From positions 1 through 42,583 of IMG/VR virus record IMGVR_UViG_3300044477_000049: a stretch of DNA of 42,583 nucleotides; one strand, written 5' to 3'. This document shows, piece after piece, positions 1 to 9,188 of the stretch. Within the stretch, counting starts at the first letter, position 1, and each line of letters starts with the position of its first letter. The position numbers and the translations under genes are program-made. The stretch comes from a virus (taxonomy: Duplodnaviria; Caudoviricetes). The notes under the pieces are model-generated. The model was not told the origin of the DNA and did no database searches. It saw nothing but the letters and a program-made list of their open reading frames with translations.

Positions 1-1
1 C

Positions 2-112
2 CTTGCGCTGATCGGTTTTATCATCACCGCAGTTTTCAATGTTGGTTATGATAAAAATAAGGGCGTTTACTGGAAACCACTTGACGTTAGTATCAATAAA
101 AATATAAAGTGA
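2..112 (+). CDS. Partial CDS, 3' end of a probable membrane protein
   Basis: Open frame from the window edge, LALIGFIITAVFNVGYDKNKGVYWKPLDVSINKNIK*, stopping 10 nt before the Clp gene; hydrophobic stretch. Confidence 0.45.
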   Translation, partial: LALIGFIITAVFNVGYDKNKGVYWKPLDVSINKNIK

Positions 113-122
113 GATAATAATT

Positions 123-1232
123 ATGGCATTCTACAAAATAAAAATGTTCGGAACGTTTGCAAGTGATTTAGAGTCAATGTTTTTTGGCGAAGACGGACTG
201 ATCACTTTCAAAAACGTACAAACAGAATTGAAAAACGCGGGCGGTAGTGACATCGAAGTTGATCTGTCATCCGTCGGCGGACTTGTTGACGTAGCGACCG
301 ATATCTTTCTTGCGTTCAGGGCATACAAGCGCGACTACCCGAAATCACAATTGATCTTGAACATCAAAACGCAAGCGGCAAGCGCGGCTTCGTTTTTCGC
401 TGACGGTGAGTTTTGGGACTTGATCACCGTTGAGGACATATCATCGTACATGCTTCATAACCCGGCTAACTACGTTGGCGGTGATTATCGGATCATGCAA
501 GAAAACGCTGATTATCTCAAGCGTTTATCCGCGTTATATGCCGGAACATACGCGGCTAAATCAAAAAAATCACAGAAAGAAATACAAACCATGATGGATA
601 AAACTACATGGTTATACGGTCAAGAAATAGTAGACGCCGGATTCGCTGACGAAGTTATTTCAACGGCGAATGATAAAAATAAAGATTCTGATTTTGCAAA
701 AATGCAAATGAAGTATAAATCAATGATGATGAAAATTCAGCAAATCGAAATGAAAAAAGAAGACCTTGAAAAAGCCGTTGCAATGTTAGACGGAGCAGAA
801 AAATCCGGCAACGCGGGACCAACGGAACCGGCAACCAAACCAAACGAAAAACCCGCCGAAAGCGGTAATAATAATCAGGAGGAAGTTACTATGACTTCAG
901 ACGAGCTTAAAAAAGCAAACCCTGAAACATTCGCAAGTATCGAATCGGCGGGTGTTGAAAAGGGAAAAGCAGACACGATTGCAAACAGCAAAGCAATCAT
1001 GGAATTGAAAAACAAGACCGAATACAAAGGCCTTATTTTCATTCAGGAACGATGCGACGCGGCAATCATGTCAGGCGAAAAAATCGAAGATTTGAAAATG
1101 TCACTCATGGCTCTCATGATCGATCCAAAAAATCAGGCGTCAATGGAAAGTCCCGGATCAATCAACGGAGGCGGGTCAGATACCGCAAGCGGCGAACAGG
1201 GAAAAGACGAAACGCCGAAGAATAAATGGTAA
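123..1232 (+). CDS. ClpP-type prohead maturation protease with C-terminal scaffold-like region
   Basis: SVGG, AASAAS (catalytic Ser), MLHNP (His) and TWLYGQE..AGFADEV motifs; charged linker and helical C-terminus; lies upstream of capsid genes. Confidence 0.9.
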   Translation: MAFYKIKMFGTFASDLESMFFGEDGLITFKNVQTELKNAGGSDIEVDLSSVGGLVDVATDIFLAFRAYKRDYPKSQLILNIKTQAASAASFFADGEFWDLITVEDISSYMLHNPANYVGGDYRIMQENADYLKRLSALYAGTYAAKSKKSQKEIQTMMDKTTWLYGQEIVDAGFADEVISTANDKNKDSDFAKMQMKYKSMMMKIQQIEMKKEDLEKAVAMLDGAEKSGNAGPTEPATKPNEKPAESGNNNQEEVTMTSDELKKANPETFASIESAGVEKGKADTIANSKAIMELKNKTEYKGLIFIQERCDAAIMSGEKIEDLKMSLMALMIDPKNQASMESPGSINGGGSDTASGEQGKDETPKNKW

Positions 1233-1246
1233 GGAGGTAAATCAAA

Positions 1247-1990
1247 ATGGCTTTTACAGCAGCAAACGAAAACACATACGGATTTTCAGAAGTGACCGAA
1301 GAAGACGAACAGATTCTTGTCACTAACGGACTTGGCAGAACCGCACTCGACGCGGAACTTGTTCTCATCGGTAAATATTTCGGTAACGTATCGAAATACG
1401 GCGGTATCGCTAACGGCTCGACAGGTTACATCAACATTTGCGGGGACAGAACGATCCGCACAAAACAAATCGAAGCAACAACTACTTTCACGGTTGGCGG
1501 GGTTGTTTATTTCGTCCCTGGTGGATCAAGTGCGGCAGGAAAACTTTACGGTGTTGCAACCGCTCTCGGTGTTCCGGTCGGAATTTGTCTTGAAGAAGAA
1601 GGAACAGGCGGCGCGCAGACATCAGTCACTTTTCGTCCATTCGCTCAGAACTCAAAAGACGCGCTTGATGGATCAATCCGTCAGATCGCATACAAAGTGA
1701 CAACAGGCGCGGCGGCTATCGTGGTTCCCGGTCTTCATGCGGGCGACGAGATTGTTGACGTTATGATTGTTCCCACAGGAGCAAGCACTAACGGAACGAT
1801 TAAGCTCACAAACGGAACAAACGACATCACTAACGCGATGTTATGCGCAACAGACAAGACAATTGCACGCGCAACGACTGTTGATGATGCGTATTCAACA
1901 CTTCCGGCGGCTGGTGCAACGATTGTATGTGCGGGTGACACCATCGGCAATACAAAAGCAATCGTGCTCATCAGCTATATACCGGCATAA
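1247..1990 (+). CDS. Head decoration/capsid cement protein, apparently two-domain
   Basis: Between protease and capsid; G/T/A-rich beta-type sequence (FTVGGVVYF, PVGICLE); strong RBS AAGGAGGT. Confidence 0.6.
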   Translation: MAFTAANENTYGFSEVTEEDEQILVTNGLGRTALDAELVLIGKYFGNVSKYGGIANGSTGYINICGDRTIRTKQIEATTTFTVGGVVYFVPGGSSAAGKLYGVATALGVPVGICLEEEGTGGAQTSVTFRPFAQNSKDALDGSIRQIAYKVTTGAAAIVVPGLHAGDEIVDVMIVPTGASTNGTIKLTNGTNDITNAMLCATDKTIARATTVDDAYSTLPAAGATIVCAGDTIGNTKAIVLISYIPA

Positions 1991-2009
1991 CGGAAAGGAG
2001 TAAAAAATA

Positions 2010-3242
2010 ATGGAACAGAAAATTATATCCCGCGATTCACTCAAAGCGGACGCGGCGGAAAAAATCAGAAGCGGAATTATTCCGAATCGTGATCAGATGG
2101 TAAATCTTGTTTCACCGTCAATGAAACTCGGATCAGATAACGAATCTAAATTCAACGCGGCTAATCGTGCAGAAATGATTTCCGATGCGATTCTAACAAA
2201 AATTGAAATGGTAAAACATTGCGGATCGGCGTTTGACATCCCTCAGAAATGTTATACCGCGTCAACAGGCGGAAAAGACGTTTCAATGTCCGTGCGCGAA
2301 ATGATCAAGCGCGGCGTGTTTATGTCATCAAACACCATCCCCGCAGATTGGCAGACTCTGTGGGATGCGCTTCGGATTGATATTTCAATTGCGAAAGCGG
2401 CGATGGGAACCGTTCGTGAAAACTTTTACAATATCATTTCAATGCCCAACTCGGATAAAGTTTTCAAGGCAACCGAATTTTATCCTTACGGCGTGGTTTT
2501 TGACGAAAACAACGGTGAAGGTCAGGCGATTACTCAGGGCGAATCACTCGCAGGACAGAGCGAAACAATAGAGCATCTTGTTTACTCGGCTGGTTTTACA
2601 TGGACTCTTCTCGCAGAACTTTTCAGCGGATCAATTGACAATCAGCGAATTGCCGATGCGGTCATGATCGGTTACAATGCAAAACAGGACGATTTGTCAA
2701 TCAGTCCCATTACCGCGTTCACTTATTCAGGCGTTGCCGGTTCTCAGACATCTGCGTTTACTCTTTCGGGTGCTAACCGTCAGGAACTTCTATACGGTAC
2801 GCTCGAAAATGCGGTTGATGATATCGCTCTTCGCATTGATCCTGTCACCAAGCGTCAGATAATCGCCGATGGACTTGTTATCCTCGCCCACCCCGAAGAT
2901 GCGCGTCATATCAGCCGTGTTATTTCTGGTCTTCCTTCGGTCAACGAAAGAAATTATCCGTCAATTTCAGCGATTTCAAAAATTGTCGCATACAACGGAG
3001 AAACAATTCCGATGCGTTCAAAGACGGTTACATATTCCGGCGTTACTGCGGGCAAGGCATATCTCGTGAAACCGAATCGTTACATGAACATCGGAATCAA
3101 ACGTGGTCTCACTCTCGAAGTTGACCGCACACCGGATATCAAAACGCTTTCACGCGAAGAACGCGCATGGTATTTCGTGGAAGGACAGCAGACAACAGGT
3201 CTTTCTTCTTTCGTGCAGGAAATAACCCTGCCAACATGGTAA
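2010..3242 (+). CDS. Major capsid protein (probable HK97 fold)
   Basis: 410 aa, position in head module, RBS AAGGAG, capsid-like C-terminal VQEITLP. Confidence 0.8.
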   Translation: MEQKIISRDSLKADAAEKIRSGIIPNRDQMVNLVSPSMKLGSDNESKFNAANRAEMISDAILTKIEMVKHCGSAFDIPQKCYTASTGGKDVSMSVREMIKRGVFMSSNTIPADWQTLWDALRIDISIAKAAMGTVRENFYNIISMPNSDKVFKATEFYPYGVVFDENNGEGQAITQGESLAGQSETIEHLVYSAGFTWTLLAELFSGSIDNQRIADAVMIGYNAKQDDLSISPITAFTYSGVAGSQTSAFTLSGANRQELLYGTLENAVDDIALRIDPVTKRQIIADGLVILAHPEDARHISRVISGLPSVNERNYPSISAISKIVAYNGETIPMRSKTVTYSGVTAGKAYLVKPNRYMNIGIKRGLTLEVDRTPDIKTLSREERAWYFVEGQQTTGLSSFVQEITLPTW

Positions 3243-3252
3243 GAGGTAAAAA

Positions 3253-3519
3253 ATGAACCAGAATGACAAATTTGTTGTTCTCGGCGATAAAAACGGACTC
3301 GGCTTGCTTGTAGGAAACTACGTTCTCAAGCCGGGAACGGTTTTTCTACGCGGGGACTGGAAATGGGGCGACGACGTTCTCAACGCGGCGATAAAAGATG
3401 ATCGATGCAAAGAAATTGTTGAACCAAAAGAAGAAGTTGAAGTCGCGAAAGCTGAAAAGCCAAAAGAAAAAGTGGCTCAACTGAAACAGGAAAGCGTTAA
3501 TCAGGGCGGCGACAAATGA
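3253..3519 (+). CDS. Small hypothetical head-module protein
   Basis: RBS GAGGT; position after the capsid gene; charged C-terminal tail. Confidence 0.6.
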   Translation: MNQNDKFVVLGDKNGLGLLVGNYVLKPGTVFLRGDWKWGDDVLNAAIKDDRCKEIVEPKEEVEVAKAEKPKEKVAQLKQESVNQGGDK

Positions 3520-3716
3520 AAGCGTTAAAATCAATCACCATAAAAATTGAAAATACGTTTTACGACATCGCTCCCGGAAACACTATTCCCGCAGAAGTTG
3601 AAAGTTTCTGGAAAGCAAATAATCAGATTTCCGAACTCGTAAAAGCGGGTTCAATCTCTGAAAATTCAGCAACAGAAAAACAGCCGGAATCGACAGGACA
3701 GAACGAAAAGAAATGA
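3516..3716 (+). CDS. Small hypothetical head-module protein
   Basis: ATGA overlaps at both ends (translational coupling). Confidence 0.6.
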   Translation: MKALKSITIKIENTFYDIAPGNTIPAEVESFWKANNQISELVKAGSISENSATEKQPESTGQNEKK

Positions 3717-4078
3717 GTTTGTACGATAGAATGAAACGCGATAACAATCGGATATTATCAGGCGGAGACATGCAGGACGTTATAATATATAACTCTTCCG
3801 GCGTGTCTCTTGCCGGTAAAGCCCGCGTGACATCGGTTGGCATGGACATTGACGCGCAAGGTCAAATGTTCGCAGTCAAAAAAAATTCTATCACATTTCA
3901 CATTTCAGATTTTCAATCGATTATGGCGACCGGAGAAAAGTTCAACAGATGGAAAGCAAGTTTCGTCAATTCGCAGAATGAAACAGTTATCGGATTTTTT
4001 GGCAATCCGTTAATCGACAAAACACTTGATTATGTTGTGGCAACATTGACCGACATAAAATCAGTAACGGCGGTATAA
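3713..4078 (+). CDS. Probable head-tail joining/head closure protein
   Basis: 121 aa beta-rich protein at the expected position. Confidence 0.5.
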   Translation: MSLYDRMKRDNNRILSGGDMQDVIIYNSSGVSLAGKARVTSVGMDIDAQGQMFAVKKNSITFHISDFQSIMATGEKFNRWKASFVNSQNETVIGFFGNPLIDKTLDYVVATLTDIKSVTAV

Positions 4079-4702
4079 ATGGGAATCATATCACCGGAAA
4101 CGAACGCTATTCCGAATTTATTATGGATCGATGCGCAAGAAGGAATACAAAAAGTTTTACAAGCAATTTCCGACACGCAAGCGACAATAAATCAGGATTA
4201 TGCGTTCAAAGTTTATTCAAATAAATATTCATTGTCTGATGGTGACTTCGGTGACCTTAGATCAATGGTAAATATCAGAATAGGCAAAATGGATAGTAAG
4301 GATGTTACTAATTTTTCCATGACGCATTCGGTGACTTATTTCATCGATTGCTATGTGCGCGGACAAAATGAAGACAATCCCGATGTCGCCGGTGATATGG
4401 TTCCCGCTGACGAAGTGGCAGTTCAAAGACTTTATTATCTCATAGCAATGACGTATTATGGGATGACAAGCCTTAAAAACTTTTATATGAAAATGACGAT
4501 GGGTAAAATTGTTCCGAGTAAAAACATCGGAATACTTTTTAACCCTGTCAAAGATGCGGAAAATTCAGCAGAACCTTACGCGCCCGCGCAAATAACGTTC
4601 GTTGCTGATTTCCCGTATGATGCCGAAGACTTGAGTGGGCTTCCCGCATATCAATCAACGTTTATTGATTTGAAATCGTGGGCGGCTCGGATAATAAAAT
4701 AG
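4079..4702 (+). CDS. Probable tail terminator/completion protein
   Basis: 207 aa immediately upstream of the sheath gene. Confidence 0.5.
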   Translation: MGIISPETNAIPNLLWIDAQEGIQKVLQAISDTQATINQDYAFKVYSNKYSLSDGDFGDLRSMVNIRIGKMDSKDVTNFSMTHSVTYFIDCYVRGQNEDNPDVAGDMVPADEVAVQRLYYLIAMTYYGMTSLKNFYMKMTMGKIVPSKNIGILFNPVKDAENSAEPYAPAQITFVADFPYDAEDLSGLPAYQSTFIDLKSWAARIIK

Positions 4703-4719
4703 TTAGGAGGACACATGAA

Positions 4720-6231
4720 ATGAGTATATCATTTAACAATGTGCCGACATCGTACAGAGCAAGCAAAAACTTTATTGAACTGGCAGGAGTGAAAAAATCT
4801 CTTTCCAGTTTGTTCATTCCCCCAACGGCGTTGATCATCGGGATGTATGACCCTGCGAAAACAACCACGGTCAATTACGTTCCGGTTAGAATCATATCAT
4901 CCGAAGACATGGCGACAAAAGCCGGGTTCGGTTCACATGCACACCGTCAAGCGTTGCGTCTTCCCGATTCTGTATTTCTTCAGGGCGGCGGCGTGTGGTG
5001 GGTTCCGATACCCGAAGCGTCAGGCGTGAAAGCAAGCGAGACAATTACCATCGCAGGACCGGCGACAAGTTCCGGATCACTGTATTTCAGCATTGGCGGC
5101 GAACTGGTGAAAGTAGGCGTTATCTCAGGTGATGCCGCGTCTGCAATAGCAACCGCGCTTTCAAACGCAATTACCGCCGTCCAAAATATCGCGGTGACAT
5201 CGGCTCCCGTATCGGCAGTAGTTACCGTGACAGCAAAATTCAAAGGCACGCAGGGAAATCAGATTCTCATTCTGACTAACCCTTCGGGCACATCGCAGAA
5301 AGAAGAAAATCCGGCGGGCGTGACCGTGACACTCGGAAATGTCGGCGGGTATCTGTCATCAGGTGCAACCGATCCCGATCTCCATGACGCATTTTTCAAC
5401 ACCGACGGAACCGACAAGTTAGGCGACCGTTGGTATACTCACGTCACCATGCCGTTTGTTGATGCAACGTCAATCGGTCAATACAAGACATGGCTCAATC
5501 TCCGCGCTGATCCGGCTGTCAATCGTTTTGCGGGTGCATATGCGGGGTATGTTTCAAAAACATATGCGCAAGCTCTCGCACTTCCCGCGACCGTGAACAG
5601 TAAATATATCGGGCAGATTTTTGATGATCGTTATTTCTGCCCGGATTTTGAACTTGCGGCGGAACTGATAGGACAGATGCTCGATTCAATGAACGCAGCA
5701 CCTAACAGACCATTCCACACGCTCGCACTCGAAGGCGCGTTCAATTCCGATACGTCAAACCGTCGTTATATCGAAAATGACGCTCTTTTCCGTGCCGGGA
5801 TGTCATATTGTATCAACGTTGCTAACGTTCTTCAGCTCGGAGACATCGCGCTGACGTATCGCACTAACCCCGCAGGGGCGGCGGCGACCGATTGGTATGA
5901 CGCAATTTCTCTTCATCGCAGACAGGCTAAAGCGTATTCACTTGAACAGCTTTTCAAATCTGATAAATATCTTCGGGCGGTTGTCGTTGATAATTCAGCG
6001 GTGACTAAAGTTGAATTTGCGATTGCACCGAAAGACATTGTTGCCGATCTGACAAAGTTGATAACTGAATTGTGGGGGCCATACGGATGGACAAAAAATG
6101 TCGATACCGTTATCGAATCACTTTCAGCAGAAATAAACAGTACATACGAATCAAGAATTGACGCAGAAGTCACCGACGACGAAGCTCAAGCACTTCGTCA
6201 GATCGCGATGAAATTTGCGTTTCTGTATTAA
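4720..6231 (+). CDS. Tail sheath protein (Mu gpL-like)
   Basis: MSISFNNVP start with RBS AGGAGG at 4705-4710; ALIIG, AGFGS, TVTAKFKG..GN and DIALTYRTN motifs typical of Mu-like sheaths. Confidence 0.9.
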   Translation: MSISFNNVPTSYRASKNFIELAGVKKSLSSLFIPPTALIIGMYDPAKTTTVNYVPVRIISSEDMATKAGFGSHAHRQALRLPDSVFLQGGGVWWVPIPEASGVKASETITIAGPATSSGSLYFSIGGELVKVGVISGDAASAIATALSNAITAVQNIAVTSAPVSAVVTVTAKFKGTQGNQILILTNPSGTSQKEENPAGVTVTLGNVGGYLSSGATDPDLHDAFFNTDGTDKLGDRWYTHVTMPFVDATSIGQYKTWLNLRADPAVNRFAGAYAGYVSKTYAQALALPATVNSKYIGQIFDDRYFCPDFELAAELIGQMLDSMNAAPNRPFHTLALEGAFNSDTSNRRYIENDALFRAGMSYCINVANVLQLGDIALTYRTNPAGAAATDWYDAISLHRRQAKAYSLEQLFKSDKYLRAVVVDNSAVTKVEFAIAPKDIVADLTKLITELWGPYGWTKNVDTVIESLSAEINSTYESRIDAEVTDDEAQALRQIAMKFAFLY

Positions 6232-6254
6232 ATAAGGTTACGGAGGAATAACAC

Positions 6255-6611
6255 ATGGCACTTACAGGCGGTCCAGCCCTTGACCTTAAATGGGGCGGAA
6301 TGGTTTTGAGACCAACAGACGGAGAATTAGAATTTGATTTTTCTTGCATGGAGTTTGAATCGAAAGCGTCAGCTAACGGCGATTCATACACCGAAGGAAA
6401 GCCAAAGATCGGATATATTCAGCAGGAATGTGCAATGACTCCGACTGAATATAAAGACTACAAAAAAATGCAGGATGGAGAGACCCGCGCCGGGACATGC
6501 ACATGTCCAAATGGTGACGTTCTTTCTCTTAATTGCGCGATGGAAGGTGAACAAAACCTTTCAAACGGAAAAGTGAAAGTCAAACTTTCCGGGAAAGTGA
6601 AAGTGCAGTAG
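6255..6611 (+). CDS. Tail tube protein
   Basis: 118 aa directly after the sheath; RBS GGAGG; C-terminal GKVKVKLSG. Confidence 0.8.
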   Translation: MALTGGPALDLKWGGMVLRPTDGELEFDFSCMEFESKASANGDSYTEGKPKIGYIQQECAMTPTEYKDYKKMQDGETRAGTCTCPNGDVLSLNCAMEGEQNLSNGKVKVKLSGKVKVQ

Positions 6612-6620
6612 TGATTAAAG

Positions 6621-6654
6621 GCGGGTTGATCAGATTTATTTTTGATCAACCCGT
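6621..6654 (+). terminator. Stem-loop between tube and chaperone genes (terminator or mRNA stabiliser)
   Basis: GCGGGTTGATCA-N10-TGATCAACCCGT inverted repeat; no strong U tract. Confidence 0.5.
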
Positions 6655-6678
6655 AACTATTAAAAAAAGGAGAACAAA

Positions 6679-7140
6679 ATGGGAATTTTTGATAACAAAG
6701 AATCAGCAAAAACAAAAGAAGAAAAGATGACCCGCGAACAGGCATTTTTAAAAATTGAAAACTGGATAAATGAAACCAGATCAAAAGCATATGGCGAAAG
6801 TCTTCTTGAACTTCAAGATATTATATGGGTAGCAGTTGCCGACGAAAGACTTGTTCTTGACGAAAATGAAAAACTGAAATTTATTTACGTTCTTGAAGAT
6901 CCGATAACAAGCAAAAACGACGGATCAGCAGTATTGAGCATGGTTCACATGAAATCTCAAACCATGAAAAAGATTTTCGAGATTGAAAAATGCAAATCCA
7001 CAAGTGAAAAATCATATAAAATGATAGAGTCATTTTGCACCAATTCAGACGGAGAAGAAATACCAATCGGAAATATAATGAGCCTAAATCCGAGAGACAG
7101 TATTATAATTCAGGCGGTTATAAGTGCGTTTTTTTTCTAA
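6679..7140 (+). CDS. Tail assembly chaperone (gpG analogue)
   Basis: Between tube and tape measure; RBS AAGGAG; ends in a slippery T8 run. Confidence 0.8.
   Translation: MGIFDNKESAKTKEEKMTREQAFLKIENWINETRSKAYGESLLELQDIIWVAVADERLVLDENEKLKFIYVLEDPITSKNDGSAVLSMVHMKSQTMKKIFEIEKCKSTSEKSYKMIESFCTNSDGEEIPIGNIMSLNPRDSIIIQAVISAFFF
7128..7137 (+). other. Putative programmed -1 ribosomal frameshift site (T TTT TTC)
   Basis: GCG TTT TTT TTC TAA; the -1 frame is open to 7463. Confidence 0.75.
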
Positions 7141-7463
7141 GTAAAGGTATTGATAATAATCTCAATTTTGATTTTTCTTATCAGCGCGAAGTAATGGGAT
7201 TGTTAGCCAGATTTTTTAATGGCGGATTATCAATATCAGACATGAAGGAAATGGAATGGTATGAGATAGAAGAATGGCATAAAATTTGCGTTTTACAAGA
7301 CACCGAAGAGGAAGTTGTTCAAGAATTGAGTTATGACGAAAACGGTAAAAAGCGAACACTTCCAAACGGTTTTGAGATTAGGAAAAAAGTATTAGAGCGG
7401 ATTGAAGAGCGGAGAAAAAAGGCGGAAAAATGGCAGGATCAAGATTTTCAATCGAAGCAATGA
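7137..7463 (+). CDS. Frameshift extension of the tail chaperone (gpT analogue)
   Basis: -1 frame LSKGID...GLSISDMKEMEWYEIEEW, a short gpT-like motif; overlaps the tape measure start. Confidence 0.7.
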   Translation, partial: LSKGIDNNLNFDFSYQREVMGLLARFFNGGLSISDMKEMEWYEIEEWHKICVLQDTEEEVVQELSYDENGKKRTLPNGFEIRKKVLERIEERRKKAEKWQDQDFQSKQ

Positions 7464-9178
7464 TCAGCATGATAGACCATGTAACCGGGCCGATGAAAAA
7501 TGCAAATCGGTCTGTGTCCATGTTCTCAAGTCAAGCCAAAGGTCATTTTTTTGGATTGGGTTCTGCCGCAAAATCCGCGCTCGGATTTTTAGGGGTTGCC
7601 GGGGGAGCGGGACTTGTTTACATGGGCATGAAAAAGATTGTAGGTGAGGCAATGAACATCGAAAGTTCGGTTGCCAATTTTACTACACTTTTAGGCGGGT
7701 CAAGCGATAAGGCAAAGCAACTTGTCGACCGATTGCAAGTTATGGGAGCGGCAACTCCGTTTGAATTCAAAGATTTAACCGCGATGACTCAAATATTATT
7801 GCCGTCAATGAAAGGAAATATCGATCTTGTTATTAAGACCCTCGGAATGTTAGGCGATACGGCAGGCGGCAATGCTCAAAAACTGGAATCAATAACACGT
7901 GGATATAACAAGGCGATGATGAAGGGAAAAGTTGACATGGAATCCCTTAACATGATCGCAGAAGCGGGCGTTCCTATTCATCAAGAACTAGCTAAGTCAA
8001 TGGGTTTTGGCGAAAGTCAGATGACCGCGTATTTCAAAAAAATATCATCAGGAACGGTCAGCACTGCCGATCTGACAAAAGCATTTGAAGTAATGACGAG
8101 CAAAGGTGGATTATTCTATCAAGGCATGATCCGCAGTTCAAAGACAACCGCCGGATTATGGTCAACGTTTCAAGACGCAATTTCAATGACGGCGGGTGCA
8201 ATCGGAACAGAATTATTGCCGACACTTAAAGAACTTATGATTTCAATGACCACTCAGGCTACAAAGATTCTTTTGTGGGTTCAAAATAATAAAGAATACA
8301 TAAAAAATCTGATTGATGACGTGAAATCAGTTTTATCATTTATATGGGATATGCGTTATGCGATAATAACCGTGACAGCGGCATTCGTCGGTTATCGTAT
8401 TGCGGTAAAAAGCGCGGCGGCGGCTACGAAAGGACTTTTAATACTCGAAAAAGTTCTCGGATTTATGCAAGCCGTTCAAATTCTCGGATTTACCGGAGCA
8501 ATAAAATATTATACCATCGGCACTAAGGCCGCAGTCGTAGCCACTAAAGCATGGTCAATTGCGCAAGGTGCATTCAACGCAATTTGCGCAATGAACCCGA
8601 TAGGATTGATTTGTCTTGCAATAATAATAATGATTGGCCTCATAGTTGTCGCCGTAAAATATTGGGACGATTGGGGCGCGGCTCTCGTTTTGTTCATGGG
8701 GCCGATGGGAATGATTCTATCATTCGTCATGGCGTTCAAAAATCATTGGTCGAGCATAGTCACGTCATTTGAAAATGGCGGCATACTCGCCGGACTCAAA
8801 GCGATAGGATTCATGCTCCTTGACGTGGTTCTATTGCCACTTCAAAAAATAATAGAAGTTCTTGCGCGTATTACTCCCGGAAAATTTGGTCGAATGCTCA
8901 AGGGCGCGGCGGAATCAATCAACGATTTCAGACAAGGCGGATTCGTCACCGGCGGAACAGGTCAACAGCCAGCCGATAACATGGCGGGTGGTGGTTTTGG
9001 CGGTCAATCCATTTTCGGTCAACGCGGTTTTGCATCCCCGATGTCAAACCAACTCGGCGGAAATAGATCAACGTATGGCAACCTTGATATAAATGTCAAC
9101 GCTCCAAAAGGTGCGGCGACATTTGGTCAAGGCGGTACAATGCCACTCGGGACAAAACTAAATCTCGGATTTCAATAG
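7430..9178 (+). CDS. Tail tape measure protein
   Basis: AATPFEFKDL, LGDTAGG and KGKVDMESLNMIAEAGVPI motifs; hydrophobic segments; A/G-rich. Confidence 0.92.
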   Translation: MAGSRFSIEAMISMIDHVTGPMKNANRSVSMFSSQAKGHFFGLGSAAKSALGFLGVAGGAGLVYMGMKKIVGEAMNIESSVANFTTLLGGSSDKAKQLVDRLQVMGAATPFEFKDLTAMTQILLPSMKGNIDLVIKTLGMLGDTAGGNAQKLESITRGYNKAMMKGKVDMESLNMIAEAGVPIHQELAKSMGFGESQMTAYFKKISSGTVSTADLTKAFEVMTSKGGLFYQGMIRSSKTTAGLWSTFQDAISMTAGAIGTELLPTLKELMISMTTQATKILLWVQNNKEYIKNLIDDVKSVLSFIWDMRYAIITVTAAFVGYRIAVKSAAAATKGLLILEKVLGFMQAVQILGFTGAIKYYTIGTKAAVVATKAWSIAQGAFNAICAMNPIGLICLAIIIMIGLIVVAVKYWDDWGAALVLFMGPMGMILSFVMAFKNHWSSIVTSFENGGILAGLKAIGFMLLDVVLLPLQKIIEVLARITPGKFGRMLKGAAESINDFRQGGFVTGGTGQQPADNMAGGGFGGQSIFGQRGFASPMSNQLGGNRSTYGNLDINVNAPKGAATFGQGGTMPLGTKLNLGFQ

Positions 9179-9188
9179 GAAAAAATAA

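Noticed and set aside
7035-7136. Independent start for the 142-aa ORF 7035-7463
   Set aside because: Overlaps the chaperone gene; better explained as the -1 frameshift extension
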